Part shown: in pieces, positions 1 through 10,314 of the stretch
How positions within the stretch are numbered: the first letter of the stretch is position 1
Layout: each line of letters starts with the position of its first letter
NCBI GenBank assembly: GCA_963737905.1
Contig: CAVTUQ010000007.1
Coordinates: 32,001 to 96,000 of the forward strand
From: an uncultured delta proteobacterium
GTDB taxonomy: Bacteria; Desulfobacterota; Binatia; UBA9968
Reading direction: 5' to 3'
Length of the DNA stretch: 64,000 nucleotides
Notes under the pieces: generated by a model
What the model was told of the DNA's origin: nothing
The model's database searches: none
Seen by the model: only the letters and a program-made list of their open reading frames with translations
Made by a program: the position numbers and the translations under genes

Positions 1-1683
1 TCGAGGACGATCCGGTGGGCGCTTTGGCGGAGCTGCACGCGGGTTTGGCAGCCACGGGGGACGAGGATCGTATCTTCGCGCTGGCCGAGCTTTCGTTTTT
101 CTACGCAGATAACAGTGGCGACCGGTCCTACTATTTGGCCGCTGCCGTCTACGCCTATGCCTTTCTGATGCCCGGACAACATGGAACGCCGCCAAAGGGA
201 ATCGACCCACGATTGAGATGGGCGGCGGATATCTACAATCAGGCACTCACCCAGGCCGCAAAGTCGCACGATGGCGCCTACGTCATGCCCATGGGCGGTA
301 CATTTAAACTACCCTTCGGTGAGCTTACGGTCACCTTCGACGAAGCGGATCTGATCTGGGCCGACTATCGAATGAAGGATTTTATCCCGGCTGCTGACGT
401 CGAGGTACGCGGCCTACGCAATCGCTATCGCACCCCAGGCATTGGCGCACCGCTCGCCGCGTCAATTGAGCCGATTGGGACCACCACCACCAAACAGGAC
501 GCCTATATTCCATTGCGAATGAAGATTCCTGTCACGGCGTTTCTTCGTCTCGACGATCCGCGCGGGGCGCTCAAGTCCGGGAAGCTAAAGGGCGATCTGG
601 AATTCTATACCCCGGATTCGGCAAGGTCGATCAAAGTCAACGGCGTCGAGGTCCCTATCGAATTCGAAACGACTACTGCCCTTGCCTTGCAGTTGGAAGG
701 AGCCCCCGTTTGGGACTTTGAGATCGCGGGCTTTCGCTCCGGTGATTTCACTATCGGTCAGCAAAGGCTAGGACTCTACATGCTTCGTCCGCATCAAACC
801 GGACGCATCCCAGTCGTGCTGGTGCATGGAACGGCCTCGAGCCCGGCGCGATGGGCCGAACTGATCAACGAGTTGGAGAATGACCCCCGGTTCTGGGAGC
901 ACTATGAGTTCTGGCTTTTCATATACAACACGGGAAATCCCATCGCTTATTCGGGAATGCTTTTGCGCGACGCTCTGACAACAGCGGTGACCGATCTCGA
1001 TCCCGAGGGAAAAGATCCTGCACTCAAACAAATGGTCGTGATCGGGCACAGCCAGGGAGGCTTGCTCACGAAGATGACGGTCATCGATACCGGCATGCGT
1101 CTCTGGCCTTTTAGCGTTCCACCGGACCAGCTCAACGTTAGCGCTGAAACCCGAGATCTTCTAGTCAATGCGTTGATCTTCAAGCCGCTGCCGTTTGTTA
1201 AGAGGGTGGTGTTTATCGCCACGCCGCACCAGCGGCAGCTACCAGGCGCTCGGTTACCTCGGCCGGCTGGGTTCCTGGTTCGTGAATTTGCCGGGCCGTT
1301 TCGTCAAGCTGAATGTCGACCTAATGACCTTGCAAACCAAGGGACTCTATATGGGCACTGTCGGCGGAATCCCGACGAGTATTACCAATATGACTCCAGG
1401 AAATCCTTTTATCAAAAACCTAGCCTCCGTTCCGATTGCATACGGCGTCGTGGCGCATTCGATTATCGCCGTGGACAGTGATGGCTCTCTCGAGGACGCG
1501 GGGGATGGAGTCGTGAAATACACAAGCGCGCATATCGAGGGAGTTGAGTCGGAGAAGATCGTCCACTCCAGTCACTCAGTACAAGGCAATCCTGAAGCGA
1601 TCCAGGAGGTCAAACGCATTCTGATCGAGCATGCACGAGGATTGTCCGCACCACAAAGAGCTGGCATCTCGAACTCAAAATAG
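1..1683 (+). CDS. Alpha/beta hydrolase (esterase/lipase family); 5'-truncated by window edge, frameshift near 1230
   Basis: LVHG oxyanion motif and GHSQGG nucleophile elbow in ORF 15..1481; C-terminal GDGVV and SHSVQ motifs continue in ORF 1195..1683; frame is open to the window start. Confidence 0.8.
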
Positions 1684-1819
1684 GATAGAAAGCAAGATCT
1701 CGGTGCGGGAGGGGGAGGAATTGGACTTTAATCAAATCATGCAAACAGTCATGGTAATTCTCCCGCCGATTAAAGCGGGTGATTTCGTTACGGCCGGAAG
1801 GGTCAGAAAGCGAGCGATT

Positions 1820-3793
1820 ATGCCGGACTACAATGGAAATAACTTTCGGTTAACCGGGATCCGGTTATTCGACCAAGGGTCCAAGCAACAATTCCCTCTC
1901 AACTTGCGGGAGAGGGTTAGGGTGAGGGGGCGCTACGCGCAGGCGGCTTGGTTCTGCCGGTTGTGCTTGGTGGTAGGAGCCCTGGTCGTCTGTGGTTTCG
2001 CTGCCGGCGCGATCGCTGCCGAGGCGACGGGACCAGCGGCGGAAGTGTCAAAAGTGGCTCTGCCCAAAGAAGCGGCGCTGGTGGTTTGGGACCAACCCAT
2101 CACGGTGTTCCGATCCTCTGTCGCTGGACTCAACCCGCAAGAGCGAGCGGCACAGGCTGCGGAGCGCATTCAGGCTTTGCCCCTTGGAAGCGAGTCCGCC
2201 GAGATCAAATTCGATCCGGAGAAAATCGGCGCCGCAGAGGGTGTAGCTCTTAAGGTCAACTCCGATCCGTTGTTTTTCCTGACGGCAGGAGATCTGGCCC
2301 CCGATTCAAAGCAGACGTTAAACGCTGAGGCTCAAAGGGCGGTGACCTCATTGCGGGCGGCCTTCCGTGCGCGGGTGGATCAAACTCGGTGGAGCAACCT
2401 TTTAATGAGCGTGGCTCGTGTACTGATCGCAACGGTACTCTTGTTGGCCCTCATGTGGGTGTGGCGGCGGATTAGGATAGGGCTGCTCAAGGCTTTGGAA
2501 ACGACGGCTTTGTTGCCGGAGAGATACCTGCGCCTGTTTGCCGTGGATCTCCGCATGCATATTCTTCAGGGGGGGCGGGCTGCGATTCGTTTGATTTCCG
2601 CCGTCATGGTTTTGCTGCTGGGCTATTGGTGGTTTGTGTACTCTCTGGAGCAATTCTCGCTCACCGCCTCTCTTGGCGAAAACCTTGAAGCGTTTCTGGT
2701 CCAGTTGTTCTTGAACTTCGGCCGCGGAGCGCTGGCAGCCATCCCGGGGCTGGTTGCGGTGGCCATCATCATCCTGATCGCTCGATGGTGTGTTCGGGTA
2801 GTCAACACTTTTTTCAGGGAGATTGAAAAAGGCACGCTTTCGCTGCCCTGGCTGGAAAGAGAAACGGCGCGAACGACGCGGACGTTATTGATCGTTGTTG
2901 TTTGGGTCTTTGCTCTCGTCGTGGCCTATCCCTATATACCCGGCTCCGACACGGCCGCGTTCAAGGGTTTGAGCGTCATCATCGGACTCATGATTACCCT
3001 CGGTTCAACCGGGCTCATCAACCAGATCATCAGCGGCTTGTTCGTCACCTATTCAAAAAGCGTCAGGTCCGGCGATTATGTGCGCATCGGCGACATCGAG
3101 GGCGAAGTCATCAGCGTTGGGTCCCTGGCAACCAAGTTGAAAACCCCTAGACAGGAGGAAATTACCCTTCCTCACTCGGTGCTGGTGGGGAGTGCCACGA
3201 CAAACTACAGCCGTTTGGCAGGGGAGCAGGGAATGGTCGTGACAGTTTCGGCAACCATTGGCTACGATGTTCCGTGGCGTCAAGTTCACGAGCTTTTGCT
3301 TTTGGGGGCGTCGCGAACGCCGGGCATCCGCAAGGAGCCGGTGCCGCGGGTCCTGCAGCGGGAGCTGTCTGATTTTTACGTTCAGTATCAATTATTGGCG
3401 CATCTGGAAGATGACGCGAACCGCGCGGCAGTTCTCTCCGAGTTGCACGCACAGATCCAAGACGCATTCAACGAGTACGGCGTCCAGATCATGTCGCCGC
3501 ACTTCGAATCGCAGCCGAAGAAGCCGGTTTTCGTGCCAAAATCTGCGTGGTATGCCCCGCCCGTACCCCAATCGCTTCCTGACATAACGGTCGATCTAAG
3601 TGAAGCGGAACCGAGAGCATCGGCCCCAAGTGAAGTCCAGGCCAGAGAAGTCGAGGCTAGAGAAATCGAGCCGAGAGAAAATGTGAACCCAGAGCCAGCG
3701 GCCAGACCTAGATCACCTTTAGCGGTCGGCAAAGGCGAACGTAAGCGTCCTGTGTCTCCTCGCAATACCAGGCCAAAGCCACCGAATATCTAG
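1820..3793 (+). CDS. MscS-family mechanosensitive channel with large N-terminal periplasmic region (start uncertain)
   Basis: Several TM helices, GDYVRIG..EGEV motif, IGYDVPWRQV, IQDAFNEYGVQIMSPH C-terminal motif. Confidence 0.88.
   Translation: MPDYNGNNFRLTGIRLFDQGSKQQFPLNLRERVRVRGRYAQAAWFCRLCLVVGALVVCGFAAGAIAAEATGPAAEVSKVALPKEAALVVWDQPITVFRSSVAGLNPQERAAQAAERIQALPLGSESAEIKFDPEKIGAAEGVALKVNSDPLFFLTAGDLAPDSKQTLNAEAQRAVTSLRAAFRARVDQTRWSNLLMSVARVLIATVLLLALMWVWRRIRIGLLKALETTALLPERYLRLFAVDLRMHILQGGRAAIRLISAVMVLLLGYWWFVYSLEQFSLTASLGENLEAFLVQLFLNFGRGALAAIPGLVAVAIIILIARWCVRVVNTFFREIEKGTLSLPWLERETARTTRTLLIVVVWVFALVVAYPYIPGSDTAAFKGLSVIIGLMITLGSTGLINQIISGLFVTYSKSVRSGDYVRIGDIEGEVISVGSLATKLKTPRQEEITLPHSVLVGSATTNYSRLAGEQGMVVTVSATIGYDVPWRQVHELLLLGASRTPGIRKEPVPRVLQRELSDFYVQYQLLAHLEDDANRAAVLSELHAQIQDAFNEYGVQIMSPHFESQPKKPVFVPKSAWYAPPVPQSLPDITVDLSEAEPRASAPSEVQAREVEAREIEPRENVNPEPAARPRSPLAVGKGERKRPVSPRNTRPKPPNI
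1894..1930. repeat. REP-like palindromic element (ccctctc..gagagggttagggtgagggg)
   Basis: Hairpin ccctctc/gagaggg plus G-rich tail; reverse complement resembles 37127-37164. Confidence 0.6.
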
Positions 3794-3867
3794 CGCTGCA
3801 GGCGGTCAGTTCCGGCTGGATTCCAAATGGATAGGTGTTTAGAGCCGAGAAGGAAAGGAAAAGACAT

Positions 3868-4791
3868 ATGAAAAAAATATTATTGGCGCTGGTCCTCTCT
3901 TGCTATGCGCACACGGCATGGGCGTTCACCATTGCCACCGGACCGAGCGACGGTAGCTATTTTCAAATCGCGCAGGACATCAAGAATGTCGCGGGGAAGG
4001 AAGGCATCGACCTTCAGGTCATGGCCACCAAAGGTTCGCTCGAAAACCTCGAGCTTTTAAGGAGCGGTAAAGCGGACCTGGCGATCGTTCAGTTGGATGC
4101 TCTAAGATTCATTTCCGATGTCGCCAAGCAAGACCAGGGTTTGGATGTCTTCGACAAAATCAAAGTCGTGCTGAATCTTTACCCGGAAGAGATCCATATC
4201 CTCACTAACAAAAAAGACATTCAGACTTTTTATAACTTGGAGGGAAAGCGGGTTTCGGTCGGACCCCCGGGAGGAGGTACCGCCGTTACGGCCGCGGTGT
4301 TATTTAACGTCTATGACATCAAATCGACCGTCTCTGAGGAACCTTTTGAGGATGCGATCAAGAAGATGGATCAGGGTAGCCTGGATGCGGTGATCTTTGT
4401 CGGCGGCGCCCCGGTTCCTTTCATAGGAAAATTAGACAATCGATTTCACTTTGTCCGGCTTCCCACGAGCCCGATTCTGGATCAGATCTATTTGCGAATT
4501 GCACTGGGAAAGCAACAATACGGTTGGGCCGGGGCGGATACGGAGACGTACGCTGTGCCTGCTGCAATTATGGGATTGGACAAACGGGATGAAAAATACG
4601 TGACCCAGATGCAGCAGATGGTTTTCGCTATTTTGAACAATCGCGAATTTCTGGAAGCCAAAGGTCATCCCAAGTGGAAAAGCTCGATCATTCGAACCTA
4701 TTTTCCCTACCGAGGCTATGAGCCGACCAATCAGGTGATCCAGATTTTTAACATGCTCGATAAGCAAGGATACAAAGTGATAAAGAAGTAA
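3868..4791 (+). CDS. TAXI-family TRAP solute-binding protein
   Basis: Signal peptide, TIATGPSDGSYF, TKGSLENL, LYPEEIH motifs. Confidence 0.9.
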   Translation: MKKILLALVLSCYAHTAWAFTIATGPSDGSYFQIAQDIKNVAGKEGIDLQVMATKGSLENLELLRSGKADLAIVQLDALRFISDVAKQDQGLDVFDKIKVVLNLYPEEIHILTNKKDIQTFYNLEGKRVSVGPPGGGTAVTAAVLFNVYDIKSTVSEEPFEDAIKKMDQGSLDAVIFVGGAPVPFIGKLDNRFHFVRLPTSPILDQIYLRIALGKQQYGWAGADTETYAVPAAIMGLDKRDEKYVTQMQQMVFAILNNREFLEAKGHPKWKSSIIRTYFPYRGYEPTNQVIQIFNMLDKQGYKVIKK

Positions 4792-4889
4792 AGCTACCTA
4801 TCAAGCGTGCTGAGTTGCTATCGAAAATAGTCCTGCCATCAGCAAGCGTCTGCGTTGTGAATTCAACAACGAGCCCGTAGGAGGAAAAC

Positions 4890-5810
4890 GTGAAGGAGTT
4901 GTGGTTTGCAATCATTATAATTTTCTATGCCGATCTTGGATCTGCCTTGACGATCGCGACGGGGCCCAGCGATGGAACTTACATTCAGATCGGGCGAGAT
5001 ATTCAAAGGGTAGCGCAGAAGGATGGCATCAAGGTGGAAGTTCTCACGACCCAAGGGTCCTTTGAGAATATGGTCCTCTTGGGAGACCAAAAGGTCGATC
5101 TTGCGATTGCCCAAATCGATGCCCTGGGTTTTTTCGCTAAAGTAATGAAACCGCAGGGCATTGATGTGTTTGGCGCGATTCGGGTCATACTCAATCTCTA
5201 CCCCGAGGAAATCCATGTCCTGACGAATAATTCGGCAATCAATTCCTTCCTGCAGCTTCAGGGCAAGAAGGTTTCTTTCGGGCCTAAAAATGGCGGCAGC
5301 GCGTTGACGGGAGAAGTCTTGATCGAGGCCTACGGGATGCAAGTGGAAAAACTCTACCTTGATCCCAAGGATGCCCTCGATGGATTAAGGAAAAAGCAGT
5401 TGGATGGGATGATCTTTGTCAGCGGTGCGCCGGTGCCGCTATTCAAAAACTTGGGCAGCGGATTTCGATTCGTCGATCTACCGAGAAATGAATCTCTGGA
5501 AAATGTTTACAGCCGGAAAACCCTCGACCGTGCCGTTTACGATTGGGCTATCCCAACGGAAACCTATAGTGTCTTTTCCGTCCTCATGGGTCGCGACACT
5601 AAGGATCAACTCTATGCGCAAAACGTACAGCGGCTCGTCCTTTCGGTCCTTAGCAACCAAGACCAGCTGAGAGCGTCCGGACACGAAAAGTGGAAGTCCT
5701 CGGCCATCAATAATCCGTTGAAGTATCAGGGCTACGGCCCCGCCAACGATGCTATTAGCCTATATCATCAGCTAGTGTCCCTCGGATACAAGATTTACCG
5801 GCCGCAGTAA
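4890..5810 (+). CDS. TAXI-family TRAP solute-binding protein (tandem paralog)
   Basis: TIATGPSDGTY, TQGSFEN, LYPEEIH; RBS aggagg upstream of GTG. Confidence 0.88.
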   Translation: MKELWFAIIIIFYADLGSALTIATGPSDGTYIQIGRDIQRVAQKDGIKVEVLTTQGSFENMVLLGDQKVDLAIAQIDALGFFAKVMKPQGIDVFGAIRVILNLYPEEIHVLTNNSAINSFLQLQGKKVSFGPKNGGSALTGEVLIEAYGMQVEKLYLDPKDALDGLRKKQLDGMIFVSGAPVPLFKNLGSGFRFVDLPRNESLENVYSRKTLDRAVYDWAIPTETYSVFSVLMGRDTKDQLYAQNVQRLVLSVLSNQDQLRASGHEKWKSSAINNPLKYQGYGPANDAISLYHQLVSLGYKIYRPQ

Positions 5811-5907
5811 CGATCGCCGCTGCGATTGACGACCATGGGCTCAGGCGACTTTATAATTACTCAAAACAATTTGCACCGGATCGGTCATTTGAATAAGATC
5901 CGGGCAC

Positions 5908-6930
5908 ATGAAAAGTGAAAATTTTAGTATTCCTTCTCGTCGCTGTTTCCTTCGATCGTCTAGCGCCAACCCTTATCTTGCCAAGCCGGGCGAGCGCCTG
6001 ACGTCGATGAGAATATCGACGTGTGCCGTTAGCGGTGGTTTCGTGCATCTCTATACGGCCCTCGACAATGGCCTGTTTGATAAGTATGGGCTGAAATTCG
6101 AGAATGTTTTTATCCGGGGCAGCGGTCCCAATCTCTCGGCGCTTGCCGGCGACGAGGTCCAGTTCACCTATTGCGCCGCCGACGCGTTGATACCCGGTTT
6201 GGCTGCGGGGATCGATGTAAAAATCATCGCCTCTCCCTTGGTGAAGCTGCCTTATGTGTTGGTGACGCGAAAAGAAATTAGGCGGCCAGAGGATCTCAGG
6301 GGAAAAGTCTTGGGTATCGCACGTGCCGGAGACTTGAGCGACCGGCTCTCGCGCGCAGTCGTTAAAAAATTTGGCATGCCGCCGGACACAGTCACGATGC
6401 GCCCCATCGGCGGCAGTCAGGGCGAGCGTTATCTGGCGATGGCGGCAGGGATCGTCGACGGCGTCATCATCACGCCGCCCCTCGATGTGCGCGCAAAAAA
6501 CGAAGGCTTCAACGTAATCTATCGCCTGATCGACCTGAACCTGCCGTTCATCTACAGCAGCCTGGAGACCAGCCACAGGATGTTGCGCGATCGTCCGGAG
6601 ATCGTCCAGCGGATGGTAGCGGCTTTCGCCGAGATCGTCCACTTCGTCGAAAAAAACCCGGACAAGGCCAAAGCCTCCATCGCCAAAGCCATGCGCACAA
6701 AGGATGAAGAGGCGCTGCAGTCCGCCTATAATACGTACGCCAAGGACATCCTCGATCGGACGATGGTCGTCCCCGGAAAAGCAGTCGCCGAAGCCGTCGA
6801 ACTCGCCCGGGAGAGCGGTACCCCCATCAGAAGAAAGCCGGAAGAGATCTACGACAACAGCTTCGTGCTCAATCTGGAAAAGAGCGGGTTTCTAAAGGAG
6901 ATCTGGGGGAGTGAGAATTACAAACGCTAG
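5908..6930 (+). CDS. ABC transporter substrate-binding protein (NMT1/SsuA-like); signal peptide appears frameshifted
   Basis: GLFDKYGL and DLRGKVLGI motifs; hydrophobic leader VKILVFLLVAVSF lies in another frame at about 5915-5985. Confidence 0.85.
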   Translation: MKSENFSIPSRRCFLRSSSANPYLAKPGERLTSMRISTCAVSGGFVHLYTALDNGLFDKYGLKFENVFIRGSGPNLSALAGDEVQFTYCAADALIPGLAAGIDVKIIASPLVKLPYVLVTRKEIRRPEDLRGKVLGIARAGDLSDRLSRAVVKKFGMPPDTVTMRPIGGSQGERYLAMAAGIVDGVIITPPLDVRAKNEGFNVIYRLIDLNLPFIYSSLETSHRMLRDRPEIVQRMVAAFAEIVHFVEKNPDKAKASIAKAMRTKDEEALQSAYNTYAKDILDRTMVVPGKAVAEAVELARESGTPIRRKPEEIYDNSFVLNLEKSGFLKEIWGSENYKR

Positions 6931-7017
6931 AAGTGAATTTGTTTTTTCAATGACGAATAACCAACTCACCCTATAAGAAAAGCATAAAGGCCGTCAAAAC
7001 AAGGTTCAGGAGAAACT

Positions 7018-7296
7018 ATGACGAAGAGAATTTTGGCTCGTGGTCTCATGATCAGCATGATTTTAGGAGTGTTTGCGCTAGGTTTTCTTGTTGGAACGGT
7101 GAATCAGCGCTACGCTGACGCGCAAAAAATCCCAGGTATTGGAGACGTTTTGGACAAGGCCGGTAAGTCGGGCGGGAGTCTGGGTTCGATAACACAACTG
7201 GGTTCCTCGATCGTGGAGATGCAGGACCATGTCAACGGCTTGCAGAAAAATCTAGAGACGCTGAAAAAAGTGCAATCAGCGCTTGGCGGGAAATAG
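7018..7296 (+). CDS. Small membrane-anchored or exported hypothetical protein with C-terminal coiled coil
   Basis: RBS aggag, N-terminal hydrophobic segment, 92 aa. Confidence 0.7.
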   Translation: MTKRILARGLMISMILGVFALGFLVGTVNQRYADAQKIPGIGDVLDKAGKSGGSLGSITQLGSSIVEMQDHVNGLQKNLETLKKVQSALGGK

Positions 7297-7604
7297 CCAC
7301 AGTTTCTGACGATCCGGTAAGCCGCGCAGGTCTGCATCGCAGGCCCGCTGTTTTTAGACTCAGGCGAGGCGGAAAGAGTCGATAAAAATGAGGCGGAGGT
7401 ATGCCTGGGCAGTCGAGTCCAAGGCCAGGCGAATTTTGCTCGCTCTGTATCCCTTTGTAGGTGAACCCTATCAGCGGTCACGCCGGGTCTCTACGAAATT
7501 GCTTTAAAACCGGCAGAATGATAAATTCTCCGTAATTTAAGCTTCGGCGGGGCATAAGGTAGCGCGACAAAAGTCCGGCCCCCACTTTTCTTTCCTTATT
7601 CGAA

Positions 7605-8270
7605 GTGAAATCTCCCGATCCGATCCCCCAAGATTATCTCCGCGCTAGAGAAAAAATGGTTGAAGAGCAAATTGCTGCCCGCGGGATCAGGAATCCTCGC
7701 CTCCTCGGGGCGATGCGCAAGATACCGCGACATCTGTTTGTGGATCCAGGGCTGTTACAGCGCGCCTACGACGACAGCTCGTTGCCCATCGGTCAAAAGC
7801 AGACTCTTTCCCAGCCCTACATGGCCGCGCGGATGACCGAAGCGCTGGAACTCTCCGGCAAAGAAAGGGCTCTGGAAATTGGCACCGGTTCGGGTTACCA
7901 GACCGCACTGCTTGCCGAGCTCAGTTTTAACGTCTTTTCCGTAGAAAAGATTCGGGCGCTCGCCACAAAGGCGCGTGGGCTCTTGGATCGGCTCCAGTAT
8001 CATAATATCGCCATTCAGGTGGGTGACGGCACCATCGGGTGGCCCGAGCATTCACCCTTTGATGCGATCATGGTCACGGCCAGCGCGCCGGAACTTCCGC
8101 GGCCGCTGCTTGAACAACTCGCTCCCGGTGGCCGCTTGGTCATACCTGTCGGCGACGAACAGTCGCAGGTCCTTGTCCGGGTCAAGCGTCACGCTTCGAA
8201 GTTCGAAGAGGAACAACTGGGGGATTGTCGGTTCGTTAAATTGCGGGGGAAATTCGGTTGGCAAGAGTAA
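7605..8270 (+). CDS. pcm: Protein-L-isoaspartate O-methyltransferase
   Basis: PRHLFV, QTLSQPY, LEIGTGSGYQTA motifs. Confidence 0.95.
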   Translation: MKSPDPIPQDYLRAREKMVEEQIAARGIRNPRLLGAMRKIPRHLFVDPGLLQRAYDDSSLPIGQKQTLSQPYMAARMTEALELSGKERALEIGTGSGYQTALLAELSFNVFSVEKIRALATKARGLLDRLQYHNIAIQVGDGTIGWPEHSPFDAIMVTASAPELPRPLLEQLAPGGRLVIPVGDEQSQVLVRVKRHASKFEEEQLGDCRFVKLRGKFGWQE

Positions 8271-9010
8271 GCGGCAAGCGTTGCGTCCGACCGCTGCTTG
8301 TTTTCGTTTTTTGTTCTGTGGCGGGTTGCGCTTCGCAGACAACGATTTCCAAACCCAGGCCGCACGGGATCTATCATGTGGTTACATCGGGGGAGACCCT
8401 GTTTAAGATCGGCAAAGCCTACGGCGTTACTTACCAGGAGCTGGCTCGCCTCAACGGAATCAAAGACGCCGGGCAGATCCGCGTTGGCCAACGGATCTTT
8501 ATCCCGGGGGCAACGCGTTCCCTTCCCGTGGAAACGATCGCGCCGATGGAACCGGCGCCGTCCGTGGCAACTTCCCCTGAAGCGCCGGTGCCGGATGTCG
8601 AAACATTCCTCTGGCCAGTGAACGGCACCGTCAATTCGGCTTTTGGACCGAGGGGCTCTGGCTTTCACGATGGCATCGACATTGCCGCTCCGGAAGGGAC
8701 GCCGATTCGCTCCATTGAAGGGGGAGAGGTGATCTACAGCGATCAACTGCGCGGATACGGAAATATGGTGATCGTGCGCCACGCGGGAGGAATCGTCTCT
8801 GTTTATGCCCACAACGAAGCAAACTTAGTGCGCGAAGGACAGACGGTGGCGCAAGGAGACGTCGTGGCGAGAGTGGGGAGCACGGGACGCGTGACCGGGC
8901 CGCATCTCCATTTCGAGATTCGCAGGAACAACATCCCGCAGGATCCGTTGCGTTACTTACCTCAATCGTGTTGCGTAGCGGCATCGGATAACGCAGCACC
9001 GAAAAATTAA
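8258..9010 (+). CDS. nlpD: LysM plus M23 peptidase lipoprotein (NlpD-like)
   Basis: Lipobox VAGC, LysM domain (HVV..GETL..I), M23 motifs HDGID, YAH, GPHLHFEIR; follows pcm. Confidence 0.85.
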   Translation: MARVSGKRCVRPLLVFVFCSVAGCASQTTISKPRPHGIYHVVTSGETLFKIGKAYGVTYQELARLNGIKDAGQIRVGQRIFIPGATRSLPVETIAPMEPAPSVATSPEAPVPDVETFLWPVNGTVNSAFGPRGSGFHDGIDIAAPEGTPIRSIEGGEVIYSDQLRGYGNMVIVRHAGGIVSVYAHNEANLVREGQTVAQGDVVARVGSTGRVTGPHLHFEIRRNNIPQDPLRYLPQSCCVAASDNAAPKN

Positions 9011-9027
9011 AAGCAAAGGACGAGGCA

Positions 9028-10176
9028 ATGAAAGAATTAGCCAACATCAGAAACGACGTGGTCGGAAGCTTGCTGCGGCCGCCGGAGCTGAAACAGGCGC
9101 GTCAGCACTACGACGAGGGAAAACTGAGTCGTGGAGAACTACGGCGGACAGAAGACCGAGAGATCCGCAGCGCCGTCCGGCTTCAGGAGGAATTGGGACT
9201 GGCCGTGGTCACGGACGGCGAATATCGCCGGCTCAACTTTCAGGATAGCTTCGGCGAGTCGGTTTCGGGATATGATGCCGGGAAAGCGAGTCTCAAGTTT
9301 TACGAGCAGCGCGTTGAAGGCTCGAACCCGCTCCAGCGTTGGGAGATTCCGGTTCGGGGCGAAGAGAAAGGTACGGCTGTTTCGCAAAGACGACCCGTGG
9401 TCGAACCGTTGCGTCTAGTCCGAAATGGCCCTCTGGAGGAGTACCGTTTTGTCAGCCAGGTGGCAGAGAAACCGGCCAAGGTGACGCTCATCGGGCCTGA
9501 TCGAATTTCCCAAAGATTCGACTGGCAGAATTCGAAAGCGATCTACCCGAGCATGGACGCGTTCATGGCAGATGTGGTCAAGATCCAGAGAGAAGTGATT
9601 CGTGGACTCGTCGAAGCGGGTTGTCGTTATGTGCAGATCGATGCTCCGGGCTATACGGCTTACGTCGACCCGCCTTCTTTGGAAGCGATGCGGGACCGGG
9701 GCGAGGACCCTAAGGAGAATTTCAACCGATCCCTGAAGGCGGACAACCAGGTTCTGGAAGGATTCGACGACGTTACTTTCGGCATCCATCTTTGCCGCGG
9801 CAACCAGCGGAGCATGTGGCACCGGGAGGGAAGCTATGACGATATTGCCGAACGGTTGCTGAACGAGCTCAAACATGACCGGTTCCTGTTCGAGTACGAT
9901 ACCCCGAGGGCCGGCGGTTTCGAACCGCTGCGATTCCTACCCAAGGGTAAGGTCGTGGTGCTGGGCCTGGTCAGCACGAAAGTACCGCAGTTGGAAAAAG
10001 TCGATGAATTAAAGCGCCGGATCCACGAGGCCGGCAAATACGCGCCGCTGGAACAGCTGGCCATCAGCCCGCAATGTGGTTTTTCTTCGGATGTGGTCGG
10101 CAATCTGATCAGCGAGGATGACCAAAGGAGAAAATTGGAACTGGTCGTCGAGACCGCTCGGCAAGTCTGGGGCTAA
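9028..10176 (+). CDS. Cobalamin-independent methionine synthase II family protein (MetE C-terminal-like)
   Basis: VGSLLRP, TDGEYRR, HLCRGN, FEYD, SPQCGF zinc-binding motifs. Confidence 0.9.
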   Translation: MKELANIRNDVVGSLLRPPELKQARQHYDEGKLSRGELRRTEDREIRSAVRLQEELGLAVVTDGEYRRLNFQDSFGESVSGYDAGKASLKFYEQRVEGSNPLQRWEIPVRGEEKGTAVSQRRPVVEPLRLVRNGPLEEYRFVSQVAEKPAKVTLIGPDRISQRFDWQNSKAIYPSMDAFMADVVKIQREVIRGLVEAGCRYVQIDAPGYTAYVDPPSLEAMRDRGEDPKENFNRSLKADNQVLEGFDDVTFGIHLCRGNQRSMWHREGSYDDIAERLLNELKHDRFLFEYDTPRAGGFEPLRFLPKGKVVVLGLVSTKVPQLEKVDELKRRIHEAGKYAPLEQLAISPQCGFSSDVVGNLISEDDQRRKLELVVETARQVWG

Positions 10177-10187
10177 TCCTCGCTTTG

Positions 10188-10253
10188 CTCGGAATTGCAG
10201 ATGTCTAATTTCAGATCTCAGATTGAAGTCGGAAATTCGGATTTTGCGATTCG
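10188..10253. repeat. Degenerate 7-bp periodic intergenic repeat
   Basis: attgcag/atttcag/atctcag/aattcgg/attttgcg units downstream of the metE-like stop. Confidence 0.4.
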
Positions 10254-10314
10254 CCGTCAGCCGCTGGGTCCGCTTATTCTTGCCGGTCTGTAACGGTTAT
10301 GATAGCTGACAGAC

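Noticed and set aside
7297-7604. Possible ncRNA or riboswitch in the 300-bp spacer before pcm
   Set aside because: Only a short hairpin (gcctgg..ccaggc) is visible and no recognisable family motif; an Rfam scan would be needed
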